DNA of 64,000 bases from Callorhinchus milii (Eukaryota): contig NW_024704742.1 of assembly GCF_018977255.1 (NCBI RefSeq), positions 70,248,001 to 70,312,000 of the forward strand. The letters run 5' to 3'. The number at the start of each line of letters is the position of its first letter. Position 1 is the stretch's first letter. The notes beneath the pieces are model-generated. The model searched no databases and was not told where the DNA came from. It saw only the letters and a program-made list of their open reading frames with translations. The translations under genes and the position numbers were made by a program. Below, piece after piece: positions 26,589-39,845 of the stretch.

Positions 26589-28084
26589 CTAGGGACAAGG
26601 ACAACAGTGGTTATGAGCAGCTAAACGTTCAAGGCACAAAGTTAGAGCAGCTCAGATCAGGACTCAACGACAGGTTCTGGCAGCGTTGATAGTTGCAATG
26701 TTATTTTATCCCTCCAGCAATACCATCTTCCTTGGGGGCGGGGGAAGGAAGCTAAGCAGGGTCTCTTTGGAGCTGAGCTGACTCCAAGGTAAGACATGTT
26801 TGGCAAAAAAATGTCGGAATCGAACCCATTCTGTCCTGGTCTCTAGTCCAGTTTCTGAGTCAGGCGGGTCTGCAGTTTTCCAGGACACTGCTGGTAACAG
26901 CACAGCCCAGCCTGGCTCATCTGCAGGACGTGGAAGGGCTAACCAGTCACTGGGGGCAGGGAATCATCCCACTCAGCTCCTGTCAAGCCTGCAAGTCAAT
27001 GAACCAGTGGGTAGGGTGGTCCTAGCTGGAAAGCAGCGGGAAAGCTTCACAGACATTGCTTTCACATAACAGGCTTGTGCGATTTCAGCTGGTTAGATTC
27101 CAGCAACACATGAACACTCTGGGGTCCCCAAGCCTTGGCTCTCACCAACCTGCGCCGAACACTCTCCAGAATTAGATATGCACATTCCATTCCAGACACA
27201 GGGAAATTTCCACATGTAGGTGGCGTACATCGGTGGAATTCTCAGTTTGCTTTGGATACTTTTAAATAGGGTGCTGGGTAACCACGTGTGGAACTCACCC
27301 CGAATCATGGACTGTACAGGATTCTTTGTGGACAAGTGTTGTGAAAAACCACGCACCCACTTAGTAGGAAACTCCAAAGATTAAGAGAACCATCAACAAT
27401 AGGATATGTTGGTCACCAGATAACCACATAATGAAGTGTCCAATGACCACAGCTCCATCTTGCAGAGTTAATGGTGAATGGAAGCAGGGTAGATTCTCTA
27501 CCCCCCCACTACCGTTTGCAAAACATTACATTTCATGAAATAAAGGAAGTTTCCAGGTAAAACTGAATAATGCTTCATGAGAGACTGAGTGACTGTGGTT
27601 CCACACCAATACAGGTTTCGTGTCTAACCCTTATCCTCCAAACAACTTTCATTTGAACTGAGCTTCTGACAGTCTATAACCAGGCTATTCTTGAAATGCT
27701 TCCACCGTCTTTCCTGGTAACCCTTACTAACCCTTACTCCACACGCTTCTGTTTACCTAGCAGTAAGTAGGAACCCGTTTTTTAGGCAATTGGCAGATTG
27801 CTTTCTGGGGGTAATAAACCCTTCAAAAAATAAATCTGATCACTCAGTGGGACACTGCTGTGCGCAATTGACTGTCACGTTTCGCCCACAAAATACACAG
27901 TCAATCCACTTAACAGCATATTCTGTAAAGCGTTTTAAGATGTCTCAATGACATAAGGCATAAATCGAACGCAAGGATTATTATATTATAACCTGTTCCA
28001 GAGGTCATTTATCCTCAATGTAAAATATTCCCCTGCAATGTGACCTTACACTACAGATGAACTGACACAAGTCCGGTCTAGAAC

Positions 28085-28534
28085 CATTATACTCTCTGAA
28101 TAGACTGATTCAGCCTCATGTCAATGTGCACAGCATTTATTAATAATAATCATTTAATATAGCACCTTTCACATCAGGAGGACGTTTCAAAGCACTTCGC
28201 AGGATTTACTGTAAAGTGCTTTGACTGTGTATTTTGTAGGCGAACGCGGCAGCCAATTTGCACATAGCAATGGTGGATTGCTGACCAAGATCCCATAGGG
28301 GATCTTTATTGTCTGCCTGCAGAGGCACAGGCTTGGTCTTACATCTCAACGAAAGATATAACCTCCAACAATGCAGCACTATATTGGGAGAGCCATAACA
28401 TTTTAAAGTAAATCCTGTGAAGGGCTTTGAAAAGTCCCCCTGACGTGAAAGGTGCTATATTAAATATAAGGATTATTATTAAATGCTGTGCACATTGACA
28501 TAAGGCTGATGCAGCCTATTCAGAGTGTATAATG
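28085..28534. repeat. Inverted duplication, ~130-bp arms with ~190-bp spacer
   Basis: 28085-28215 is the reverse complement of 28402-28534 with scattered mismatches. Confidence 0.88.
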
Positions 28535-28976
28535 TGGAATCCTGTGAGTTAAAAGTCCTGATTTAGGGCTCAAACCGACCACAGAGTACTAGCAACTGAG
28601 CCAAGCCGACACCTCAGTGCGTACATGTAGAAAAATCAGAATGTGTTCAGGCAGTTTTAAATGAGCCATGGTCCAAACATGGGGAGGGCGGAGGGAAGGA
28701 GACGTAAGCAATTATTTAAACTCCTTATAATAATAAATAACCGTTGCATTTGATATTATACCTTATCACGTCATTGAGCTGTCTCAAAGCACTTCACAGG
28801 ATATACTGTAAAGTGAACTGTATATTTTGTGGGTGAAACACGGCAGACAATTGTTTGTGTCCCACAAACAGTAGTGGATTGAGTGACCAAAGTATTTGGT
28901 CACTCAATTTGAGGGATTATTAACACTGGAAAGCAATCCGCCAATCGACTAACAACCAGATTCCTATTTACTGTTA

Positions 28977-29420
<444 letters not shown>

Positions 29421-30063
29421 ATACAATTGCTTCGGTTTACCCAGTAGTAATAATTAAAAATAATCCCTGCATTTGATATAATGCCTTATCAAGTCGTTGA
29501 GACATCTCAAAGAGCTTCACAGAATATACTGTAAAGTGGATTGACTGCATATTTTGGGTGCAGCCAGTTTAGGCACAGAAGTGTCGCATAAACAGTCGTG
29601 GATTGAGTGGTGAATTTTATTTGGATTGTTGGCCTGGACACCAGGAAAGAGAAACACCCTTCTCATTTTGAATAGTGCCATGGGATCTTTAATGTCTACC
29701 CGAACAGATAAACAGGACCTTGGTTTGCTGTCTCATTCTAAGGACTACACAAGAACGTACACAGTAAGTAGGAACCCAGTTGTTAGTTGATTGTTGAAAT
29801 AATCCCTCAAAAATAAATAATAATAATTTGGTCACCCAATCCATAACTTTTTGTGGGAAACTGTTGTGCGCAATTGGCTGCCACATTGCGCCCACGTAAT
29901 ATATAGTCAATTCACTCTACAATATATTCTGTGAAGCGCTTTTAGAGACGTCTCAATGACGTGATAGAGAGCTATATCAAATGCAAGGATTATTAATAAT
30001 ATTATTATACATTAGTAGGCTTTTTTTGCTGAAAATTATAAGTGGGAAAATAAAAATTATATG

Positions 30064-30615
30064 ACAACAACAACAAGATTCCATTTATAGAGCGCCTTTC
30101 ACGTCGGGAGGACGTCCCAAGGCGCTGGACAGTTGGGTCAGGACCCGAGGAGGGGGGAAATGGTCAGGGTGAGGGGAGGGAAGGGAGGGAACGAGGAGGG
30201 GGTAGAGAGTCGAGAGGGGAGCTGAAGGCACGGTCAGAGAAAGGTCTTGAGACCGGCCTTGAAGGAGGAAAGGGAGGAAGCGGCGAAGGCACTGGGGGAT
30301 AGAGTTCCAGAGCCTCGGGGCTGAGAGGCTGAAGGCCCGGCCACCGATGGTAGTGGAGGAGGATAGAGTGGTCGACCGTATCGAATGCTGCCGATAGGTC
30401 GAGGCGGACGAGGAGGCAGAGGGAGCCCTGGTCGCAGATAGTCAGGATGTCATTGGTGACCTTGACCAGGGCAGTTTCTGTGCTATGGGCAGCACGGAAA
30501 CCCGACTGAAGGGGTTCGAATAATGAATGGGTGGAGAGGAAAGAGCGCAGCTGGGAGTAGACAACTCGTTCCAGGACCTTGGACAGGAAAGGGAGGTTGG
30601 AGATGGGCCGGTAGC
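30064..30615 (-). mobile_element. Young L2 fragment with internal deletion (RT start fused to 3' end)
   Basis: YRPISNLPFLSKVLE...DTVDHSILLH is joined directly to 3'-terminal sequence at ~30352. Confidence 0.82.
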
Positions 30616-30688
30616 TTGATGACAACAATTTCCTTGTATTTGATACAGCGCCCTTCATACCAGGAGGGCATGAGCCCTCAAAGAGCTT

Positions 30689-32172
30689 CAACAACAACAA
30701 AATTACATTTGTAAAGTGCCTTTTACGTCGGCACGACGTCCCAAAGCTGAACAGTCATGCATCAGGACTCGAGAGTGTAGGGGCAGGTTTGGGATGAGGG
30801 AAGCCAGAGAGGTAGGAGGGAGGCTGAAGGCACGGTTGAAGAGAAGGGTCTTGAATCGTGCCTTGAAGTAAGCAGGCGAGGGAACAAGGCGAAGGGATTT
30901 TGTGATGGAGTTCCAGAGTGTGGGGGCAGAGAAGCTGAGATCCCAGCCCCCGATGGTAGGCTGGGTTGGGCGGGAGACATGGAGCAGGCCAGAGCCTGCA
31001 GAGCAGAGGAAGCGGACAGTTTGATAGGGGGTCAGCAGGTCAGAAAGGTAGGAGGGGCAAGGCCGTGAAGGGCCTTGAAAGTGAGGACGAGGATTTTGAA
31101 CTCTATCCTCTGAGGGATGGGAAACCAGTGGAGCTAGGTGAGGGTGGAGGTGATAGGGTCACAGAGCCTGGTGCGGGAGAGGACACAAGCTGTAGAGTTC
31201 TGAATGATCTGCAGCTTGTGGAGGGAAGAGTTGGGGAGGCCGACAAGGAGAGAGTTTCCGCAGTTGAGCTTTGAGGTGACGGATGCGTGTATGAGGGTTT
31301 CGGCAGCCTGAAGGGTGAGACAGTGGTGGAGTCGGGCAATGTTGCGGAGGTTCGGGAAGGCAGAGCAGTTCATGGCATGGATATCGGACAGAACGGACAG
31401 TTGAGGATCGAACAAGACACCCAGATTCCTGACTGGCTTGGTGAGGTGGATTGTGCATCCGTGGATGCTGATGCTGCCAGTGCCTGGGTGTGGAGGCACT
31501 GATGCAAGCCAATCAGGAGGGCCTCGATCTTGCTGACATTCAACTGCAGAAAGTTAGCTCTCTTCCAGGACTTGATGTCTGACAGACATTCTGTCAGGAC
31601 AGCAGTGGTCCTGGAATCGAGGGTGGAAGCAGAGAGATAGAGTTGGGTGTCATACGCATACATGTGGAAGTTGCCCCATGTCTGGGAATGATGTCACCAA
31701 GAGGGAGCATGTGAGGTTGAAGAGGAGGAGACAAGCACAGAGCCCTGAGGAACACCGCACGAGACTGTGCGGGGGCTGGAAGAGAAACCGTTGGCAGAGG
31801 CGAATTGGAGGCGGTGTGAGAGACAAGACCTGAACCATTCAAGGACAGAACCTTGAAGGTTGAAGTGAGAAGAGAGGCAGTGGAGAATGGAGTGGTCCAC
31901 TGTATCAAAGGCAGCAAAGAGATCGAGTAGGATGAGGAGGCAGAGGGAGCCCTGGCCACAAATGGACAGGATGTCGTTTGTCACCTTAACCAGAGCAGTT
32001 TCCGTGCTGTGAGCAGCACAGAAACCCGATTGGAGGGGCTCGTGAAGGGAGTGGTAGGAGAGGAAAGAGCGAAGCTGGAAAGCAACGACTCTTTCAAGGA
32101 CCTTGGAAAGAAAAGGGAGGTTGGAGATGGGCCGGTAGTCAGAAAGCAGGGATGAGTCCAGGGAAGGTTTTT
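30689..32172 (-). mobile_element. L2 fragment, RT domain to 3' tail, degraded
   Basis: YRPISNLPFLSK, QSGF, GVPQGSVL and YAYDTQLYL motifs with frameshifts. Confidence 0.88.
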
Positions 32173-32837
32173 TCAGAATCTCCTCTTTTTCAGGTGCAGC
32201 GTAATCTTTAATGTCCACCTGAATGAGCACAAACCCATTGGTTTAACATTTCGACTGAAGGACCGCGCCTCCGATAACCCAGCGCTGCCCCAAGCTCTGC
32301 ACTGGAGATTCAGCCTAGACTGTGAGCTCAAAGTCCTGATGCAATGACAACAACAACAAAATTACATTTGTATCGTGCCTTTCACGACAGGAGGACATCC
32401 CAAAGCACTGGACAATCAGTGTTTCGGACCTGAGCTGGGAGTCGGGATCGGAGAGGATGGAGGACGGGGGGGGGGGAAGGGCTAAGGCACGGTCGAAGAA
32501 GAGGATCTTGAGATGGGTCTTGAAGGAGGCAAGGGAGGGGGCGAGGTGGAGGGACTGCAGGATGGAGTTACAGAGGGTGGTGGCAGAGTGGCAGAAAGTC
32601 CGCCCGCCAATGGTGGGGTGGGTGAGGCCAGAACCCTCTGAGCGGAGGGAGCGAACAGGTTGATACAGGGGCTTGAACCCACAACCTTCATGAATTGGAG
32701 ACAAGATACCTGTTAAGACTCTTCCGACATTCTCCACCAGGTTTTGTGAGCACATCACAGACATCCTTATCTCAGCCTAAACTGTGTGCTCAAAGTCTTT
32801 TACTTGTTAGGAGGTTGGACATGGTGACTGTCAGTAC

Positions 32838-32996
32838 CTGGTCTGTCCAAAAAGTCACACTGCCCCATATCCGCGATGTCCAGGCGTTTTAGCAGCAGAA
32901 CCAGGTGGCTGAGGTTCTCTTCCGACACGCGAGGTGGAGGGATCTCTGGCATCTCCTCGTCGTGGAACGCTTCCGAGTACAAGCGGAAACACTTTC
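32838..32996 (-). CDS. DQX1: Coding exon 6 (KCFRLYSE...GQCDFLDRP)
   Basis: Acceptor gtttcag|, donor G|gtactg, 159 nt. Confidence 0.92.
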
Positions 32997-35951
32997 CTGA
33001 AACACAGTGAACAACACACAGTCACAAACTCCTCTGGAAATGAGGTAACGTCACTAAAAGTGCCAGAGAGAGAAAAACAGGGAGAGAAAGGATAGAGAGA
33101 GAAACAGAGAAAGTAAAAACTTTCATTTATATAGCACCCTTCACATAGGATAATATCTCGGATCACTTCACTGAGATGGAAGTTGGGACACCGAGCAAGC
33201 GAGAGAAGGAAGAGGCAGGTCGTTCAAAGAGGTAGAGGAAAGTATTTTCTATCTGTTCAGCTGGGTCTGACATGCATGCAAATCTGTCACCCTGCTTAAG
33301 AGTATCCAAACCTAACAGAAACCAGCACATGCATGGGAATTTACCCGTGCCTGGAATGGAGAGTGCACTCTCTCCCTGGAGGGATGTATCTGACCGCTTT
33401 TGGATGAGGAGAACTCTGGTCCTTAACTAGAATAAGCACCTTGCATTTGATATAGCGGCTTATTGTTGAGTCATCTGAAAACATAGCAGTCTATTGCTTT
33501 TTAAATGAGACCCATCTCCAACCGCCTTTCCAGGTAACCCTCGTTCTAGTCACTAATTCCCCTATCTGCAAACAACTATTTGCCTGTTATGAGCCTTGTT
33601 CACCAGAATCCTGAACCTGTGCCTTCTTTTCCTCCTGCTCGGCTTGTCTTATTTCTGAACTCACTTCATTTGTTAAAGGAACTAGTCTCAGCCCCAATCA
33701 GGGCAGTTCAATGTCACACACAGGGCGATTTACAAAATAGTCATCCACACCTCCAACCTAGGTCTATGTTTGTAGAAAAACAGATACAAATGAGGGATAT
33801 TGTGGAAAGAGGGATTAATAAAATTGTCAAATGACAATAATCCTTTCACCCACAAAATATACAGTCAATTCACTTTATAGTATATTCTGTGAAGTGCTTT
33901 GAGACTCTCAAATGATATTCCGCTATATCAAACGCAAGGATTATTACAATCCTTGCTTTTGATAAAGCATGCTCAAACCCACGCGTGTTATATGTCAAAT
34001 GACCAACCAGTGATTACCCTTCTGGAGGGCTAGGGAGGGGGAGGTAAGGTGGGTCTTCTTGGAGCTGATCATTCTCCAAGGTGATGTTCCTGGCAACGAA
34101 ATGTCAGAATTGAGCCAGCCCTCTATGACGGTCTCCAGTCTGGTTCCTGAGCCAGGCGGGTCCACAGTGCATTGCAATTGTTCCAGGGCATTGCTGGCTC
34201 ATCGGCAGGATCTGGTAGGCCAGACCAGTCACTGGGGGCAGGACAGGGATTTGATTCCTGGGCAGGGCAAAACATTGGGCAAGTTTCCTTACTCCACACG
34301 CTCGTTTACCAAGCAATAAGTAGGAACACGATTGTTAGTCAATTGGCGGATCACTTTTCCTAGGGTAATAATCCCTTCAAAATAAATGAATAATAATAAT
34401 TTGGTCACTCAATCCACGTGTTTGTGGGACACTGTTGTGCTCAATTGGCTGCTGCTTTTCGCCCACAAAATATACAGTCAATTAATTTTACACTATATTC
34501 TGTGAAGCGCTTTGAGACTCCCAACAACGTGATAAGGTACTATATCAAATGCAAGGATTATTATATATTATTATATATAATTATTATTATTTCTCCCACT
34601 CAGCCCCAGCAAGTCAAAGCCCTAACTGGTAGGATGGTCCTAGCTGCAAAAGCAACAATAAAGCTTGCAGCACAATAAAACCCCAGCTTACCAGAAATTC
34701 ATTATCCGGAAATCATACGTAGCCGGACAGGGCCCAAAACCTAATAGTTTAAAAACATTTCTACGAATGTGTGGACTCCCACCAGCTCGCTCTCCGAGCC
34801 AACAGTGCACTGAGCACCCTCACAGTGATCAAGGAGATCGACATTAACTCAGATAGTTTGAATCCCGCGATCAGCAGGTAGCCTATTCGTTATCTTCTGC
34901 TTACAGGATTCAAACAATTACAACGCTGCTACTGGGATTGTAATTACACTTAGCTGGAAATTGTGGCTTGCGGGACCAGATTCCTTCCTCTCCCCCATTA
35001 CTCTGGCTAGCCAGGGTTTAGTTGTACGTTCAATGACAAGCTATGCAGTTTCAACTGGTTAGACTCCAGCAGTTACCCCATTGCACACCCTGGGGGTCCT
35101 CAAACCTTGGCTCTTGCCAACCTGCACCTTACACTTTCCAGAATTAGGTAAACAGGATGTGTCCCTCCAGGGAGAGTGAGCATTCCATTCCAATAGAAAG
35201 GAATTCTACATATAAATAATACAAATGCATGGCATTTAATTATACAATACGGCATATTTGTATTATTTAAATGCTATAATTAAATATTTATAGAATTATA
35301 TATAATTATAATAAATATTATATAGTATATCATTGCATATAATATATAAATATATAATACAAACTGAGAATTTCCATGTGTAGGTGGGATGCATGGAATT
35401 CTCAGTTTGCTTTGGATACTCTTAAGCAAGAGTGATGGGTTTCCATGTGAGTCAGACTCCCAGCTGATCAAAAAAATTAGATATAGCAGTTTATCACGCC
35501 ATCCAAACGACAAAGCACTCACAGGGCAATCACTATATATTTGTGAGGGAACATGCTGAAAATATGAATGCGTCTCTGACAGACGAACTATAGTCCATGC
35601 ATTTAATATAGTGCCTTATCACATCTACAGCTAATTTATTTATTGCTTTATTAGCAATCCAATGGCTCATTTATCAGCCCCTTGTATGCCTCAGAAACCC
35701 CTCCTTCCACTCTGGTTTCAGTCCGATGACTGCATGTCAGCCACGGCCCAGATCAATGTCTTCAAATTCTGAATGGGTTTTTGTTGGGTTGAAAGGCAGA
35801 TGAACCGCATATTAAGCTTGTGGCTGGATTGGGAAATGTGGAAGCAGAAGTGTTTTTTCTGCAAACTCAAAGAAGAAATTCACTTTGCCCGCAGTGCCAC
35901 GATCGCAGTAGATATGGGAGGGATGAGCACAAGCGCACAACACCAACGGCG

Positions 35952-36845
35952 GTGGGGGAAGCCAGTGGAGTCGGGCGAGGATGGGAGTGATAGCCTAGTG
36001 CGGGAGAGCATATGGGCTGCAGAGTTTTGGATGATCTGCAGCCTATGGAGGGAGGAGTTGGGGAGGTCGACAAGCAGGGAGTTTGCATAGTCAAGCCTCG
36101 ATGTTACGAATGCGTGTATGAGGATTTTGGTGGCCTGCGAACGGAGACAATGTCGGAGCCGGGCGATGTTGCGGAGGTGGGGGAAGGCAGAGCGGGTCAT
36201 GGCACGGATGTGGGATAGAAAGGATAGTTGAGGTCAAACAAGAGGCCAAGGTTCCGGACTGGCTTAGCAAGGTGGAGTTTACAACCATGGATGGTGATGC
36301 TGTCAGTGTCTGAGGTGAGGAGGCGCTGACGGGAGCCAATCAGGAGAGCCTCGGTCTTGTTGACGCTCAACTGAAGAAAGTTCGCTCTCATCCAGGACTT
36401 GATGTCTGACAGACATTCTGTCAGGACAGCAGTGGTCCTGGAGTCAAGGCTGGAGGAAGAAAAATAGAGTTGGGTGTCATCCACATACATGTGGAAATTG
36501 TCCCCATGTCTCCAGATGATGTCCCCAAGAGGGAGCAGATAGATATTGAAGAGGAGGGGATGAAGGACAGAGCCTGAGGAACTCTGTACGAGACGGTGCG
36601 GGGGCTAGAGGAGAAACTGTTTGTGGAGATGAAGTGGGGGCAGTGTGAGAGGTACGATCTGAACCAGTCAAGGACAGAGCCGTGAAGGTTGAGGTGAGAG
36701 GAGAGGCGATGGATGAGGATAAAGTGGTCAACGGTGTCGAAGGCAGCAGAGAGGTCAAGGAGGACTAGAAGGCAGAGGGAGAACTGGACGCAGATGGACA
36801 GAATGTCATTTGTCACTTTGACCAGGGCTGTTTCTGTGTTGTGGG
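35952..36845 (-). mobile_element. L2 RT fragment
   Basis: HNTETALVKV, LDLSAAFDTVDH, YVDDTQLY and SRLDYANSLL peptides. Confidence 0.85.
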
Positions 36846-37901
36846 ACTCCATTCATGAACCCCTCTGGAGCACAGAAACACAAACACAATGTTAACACGT
36901 ACATGTGCGTACTCACACACACATACAACGGCAACAACACATGCGCACACACGAGCACACTCATATGCGGGCAGATACACAGACATACGTCAACACGCAC
37001 ATACAGACACGTCAACACACAGACATTAGTGATAATTAATAATATTCAACTACAACATATAATGTTGAGACATCTCAAAGCAATAAATGTTATAAAGTGA
37101 TGATGTGCAGTTGTAGGCAAATGTGGCAGCCAATTTGTCATCAACAATGACTCATAAACGGTCCGGAATCACTGACCAATTAATAACAAGAACAAGAAAT
37201 TACATTTGTATATCGCCTTTTAGGAGGACGTCGCAAGGCGCAGGTATTGGACCCAAGCAGGGGTTTGGAATCAGGAGGGGTGGAGGGCAGGGATAGGAGA
37301 GTGGCTGAAGGCGCCGTCAAAGAGGAGGGTCTTAAAACGGGCCTTGAAGGACACAAGGGAGGGAGCAAAGCAAAGTTCCAGTTGCAAAGGTGGGGGGGCA
37401 GAGAGGCTGAAGGACCGACCGTCGAAGATGGGGCAGGCCGGGAGGGGAACGCTGAGCGGGCCAGAGCTTCCTGAATGGAGGAAGCGGACAGATCGATATG
37501 GAGGATTGTTGGCCAGTAAACCGGGAGAGTCGTCCTTCGCATTTTGAATAGCACTATTATTAGTATAGTAACTCAGCACTCCCCCAGCACTACACTGGAA
37601 CATCAGCATAGACTGTGAGCTCAAAGTCCCCAAGTGGGGCTTTAACACACACTGCTTCAGGCCTAACCATTGTAAACAGAGTCTGGAGAATGGGGGGTGC
37701 GAGGGAGGAGATTATGTCCTTAGACAAGTTGTCGTCTTCAGTTATCAATAGGGCAGAATTTTCAACAATATGTGAACACATCATAGGTCACAATTCCACT
37801 CCAAAATGTTTCCAGTAAAGAACTGTTAAGTAGTGGTGGGCCACTACTTAACCACTAGAATCAATATCCTGCATTGCACACCTGGTAACATTCCCTCTTA
37901 C

Positions 37902-38001
37902 CTGGGCAGGTGTAGCCTAACCTCTTGCGCCTCAGCTCAGCCTGGCTTTTGCTTATTGGTCGCACCACCTGGGAGTCAGCCCGTATTCGAGGATTGTACA
38001 C
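37902..38001 (-). CDS. DQX1: Coding exon 5 (VYNPRIRADSQVVRPISKSQAELRRKRLGYTCPG)
   Basis: Not in the ORF track; read manually. Acceptor ctctcccag|, donor G|gtaaga, 100 nt. VYNPRIRA signature and motif VI position. Confidence 0.92.
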
Positions 38002-38606
38002 CTGGGAGAGGAAGTATAGTGGTTAGTGGGCTCACCTCGCAAGAAGAAGACCCGGGTACAATCCCCAGGCAGGACGAAACCTTAGGCTTGTTTATCTAGC
38101 AGTACGTTGGAACTTAGTTGTTAGTCGAATGGCGGATCACTTTCCTAGACCGCTTCCCTCCCAAAATAATTTAAATTTTGTTACTCGATCCACGGCTGTT
38201 TGTGGGACACTGTCAGTGTCAATTCACCTTACATTATATTTTGTGAAGTAATTTGAGACGTTTCAATGACATGATAAGGTGCGATAACAAATGCAAGGAT
38301 TATTATTATTTTATATCTACTTGTTAAAGTTGCCATTGTAAAAACTGAACCTAACATGGACACCAAAGTCATCTTGCGCTCTACCCCTACTCCTATTGCA
38401 GTTTACAAGCTCAGTTGGCAACACTCTCGACTCTGGGTTGTGGGTTAAAGTTTCGCTGATTCTTCGCTGACTGTGAGTCAACTTGGAATTCACATATTCT
38501 AAATTGAACTGACACATTTATGAGCTCAAATCCTGACACTCAAGTTGGCCACGATCTCATCAATGAGTCAGTAAGTTGTGAGTTCAAGCTAATGCCAGGA
38601 CTTTGT

Positions 38607-38925
38607 GGAGTCCTGTAGCTCAGTGGTTAGAGCACTCACTTTGCAAGTGTGTGACCTGAGTTCAATTCCAGGCAAAGCGAAACCTTGGGCAAGTTTCCTT
38701 ACTCCACACTCCTAATAATAATCCCTCCAAAACCAAAAAAAATAATAATAAAAATTGTTCATTTTCAATCTACGACTGTTTGTGGGACATTGCTGTGCGC
38801 AATTGGCTGCCGCGTTCGCCCACAAATATACAGTCAATTCACTTTACAGTGTGTTCTGTGAAGCGCTTTGGGACGTCCTCCCAACGTGAAAAGCGCTATA
38901 TCAAATGCAAGGATTATTATTATTA
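38607..38925 (+). mobile_element. tRNA(Ala)-headed Deu-type SINE, short young subfamily (near-identical copies at 4023-4346 and 5591-5917, minus)
   Basis: Box A TAGCTCAGTGG, box B GAGTTCAATTCC, anticodon loop TTTGCAA, core GGGACATTGCTGTGCGCAATTGGCTGCC, L2-like tail and (TTA)n end. Confidence 0.85.
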
Positions 38926-39174
38926 AAGTCAAAGTCCACCACAGTACAAGGAAATGCACTGCGTCGCTGAAGGTGCCAGTTTTTGAATGAGACCTTAAAC
39001 CAATCTCTGTGTTCAGGTGGATGCAAAAGACCCTCTGACTATTTTAAACAGATTTTCCCAGTGGCCTGGTCAGCAATCCTACAGATAAACTGGTCATTTA
39101 CCTCAAGGCTGTGCGTGGGACATTGCTATGTACTAATTGGCATATTTGCTTGGAAATACAGTCACCTGATGACA

Positions 39175-39845
39175 ACACTAAGAAATTGCATTTATATAGT
39201 GCTGTTCACATCGGGAGGACTTTCCAAGGCACTGGACAGTCAAGGGTTTGCCTTTGAGTTAGGGTTGGAATCAAAAGGGGCAAAGGAATAGAGGTGGGAG
39301 GATGACTGAAGGTCAAACAGGAAGATGAGAAGGTCCTTGAAGGAGGAAAGGGAGAAAGTCAAGTAGAGGGGTTCCAGGATGGAGTTCCAGAGGGTGGGGC
39401 CAGAAAAGCTGAAGGCCCGACTGCCGATGGTGGGGCAGGCCGCGAGGGGGAAATGGAGCAGGCCAATACCTGCTGAACGGAGGGAGCGGACAGGTTGGTA
39501 AGATTTTAGTAGGCCATGGAGGTAGGGAGGGGCAAGACAATGCAGAGCTTTAAAAGCAAAGACGAGGACTTTAATCTCGATCCTCTGGGGGATGGGGAGC
39601 CAATGGAGTCAGGCAACAATGGGAGTGATCGGGTCAAGGAGCTCAGTGCAGGAGAGGGCATGAGCTTCAGGGTTCTGAATAATCTGCAGCTTGTGGAGAG
39701 AAGAGTTGGGAAGTCTGTCAAGCAGAGAGTTAGCGTAGTCAAGCATGTGATGCAAGCATGAATGAGAGTCTTGAGGGGAGAGTTATTGATGGAGGCGAGC
39801 AAAGTTGCGGAGATGGGGGGGAAGGCAGAACAGGTCATAGCACAG
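39175..39845 (-). mobile_element. Older L2 3' fragment
   Basis: Degraded ORF2 C-terminus and tail. Confidence 0.75.

Noticed and set aside
38607..38680. tRNA-Ala-like sequences (also 4275-4346, 5845-5917, 52443-52515)
   Set aside because: They run directly into SINE body and tail and lack a proper acceptor stem and terminator, so they are SINE heads, not tRNA genes.
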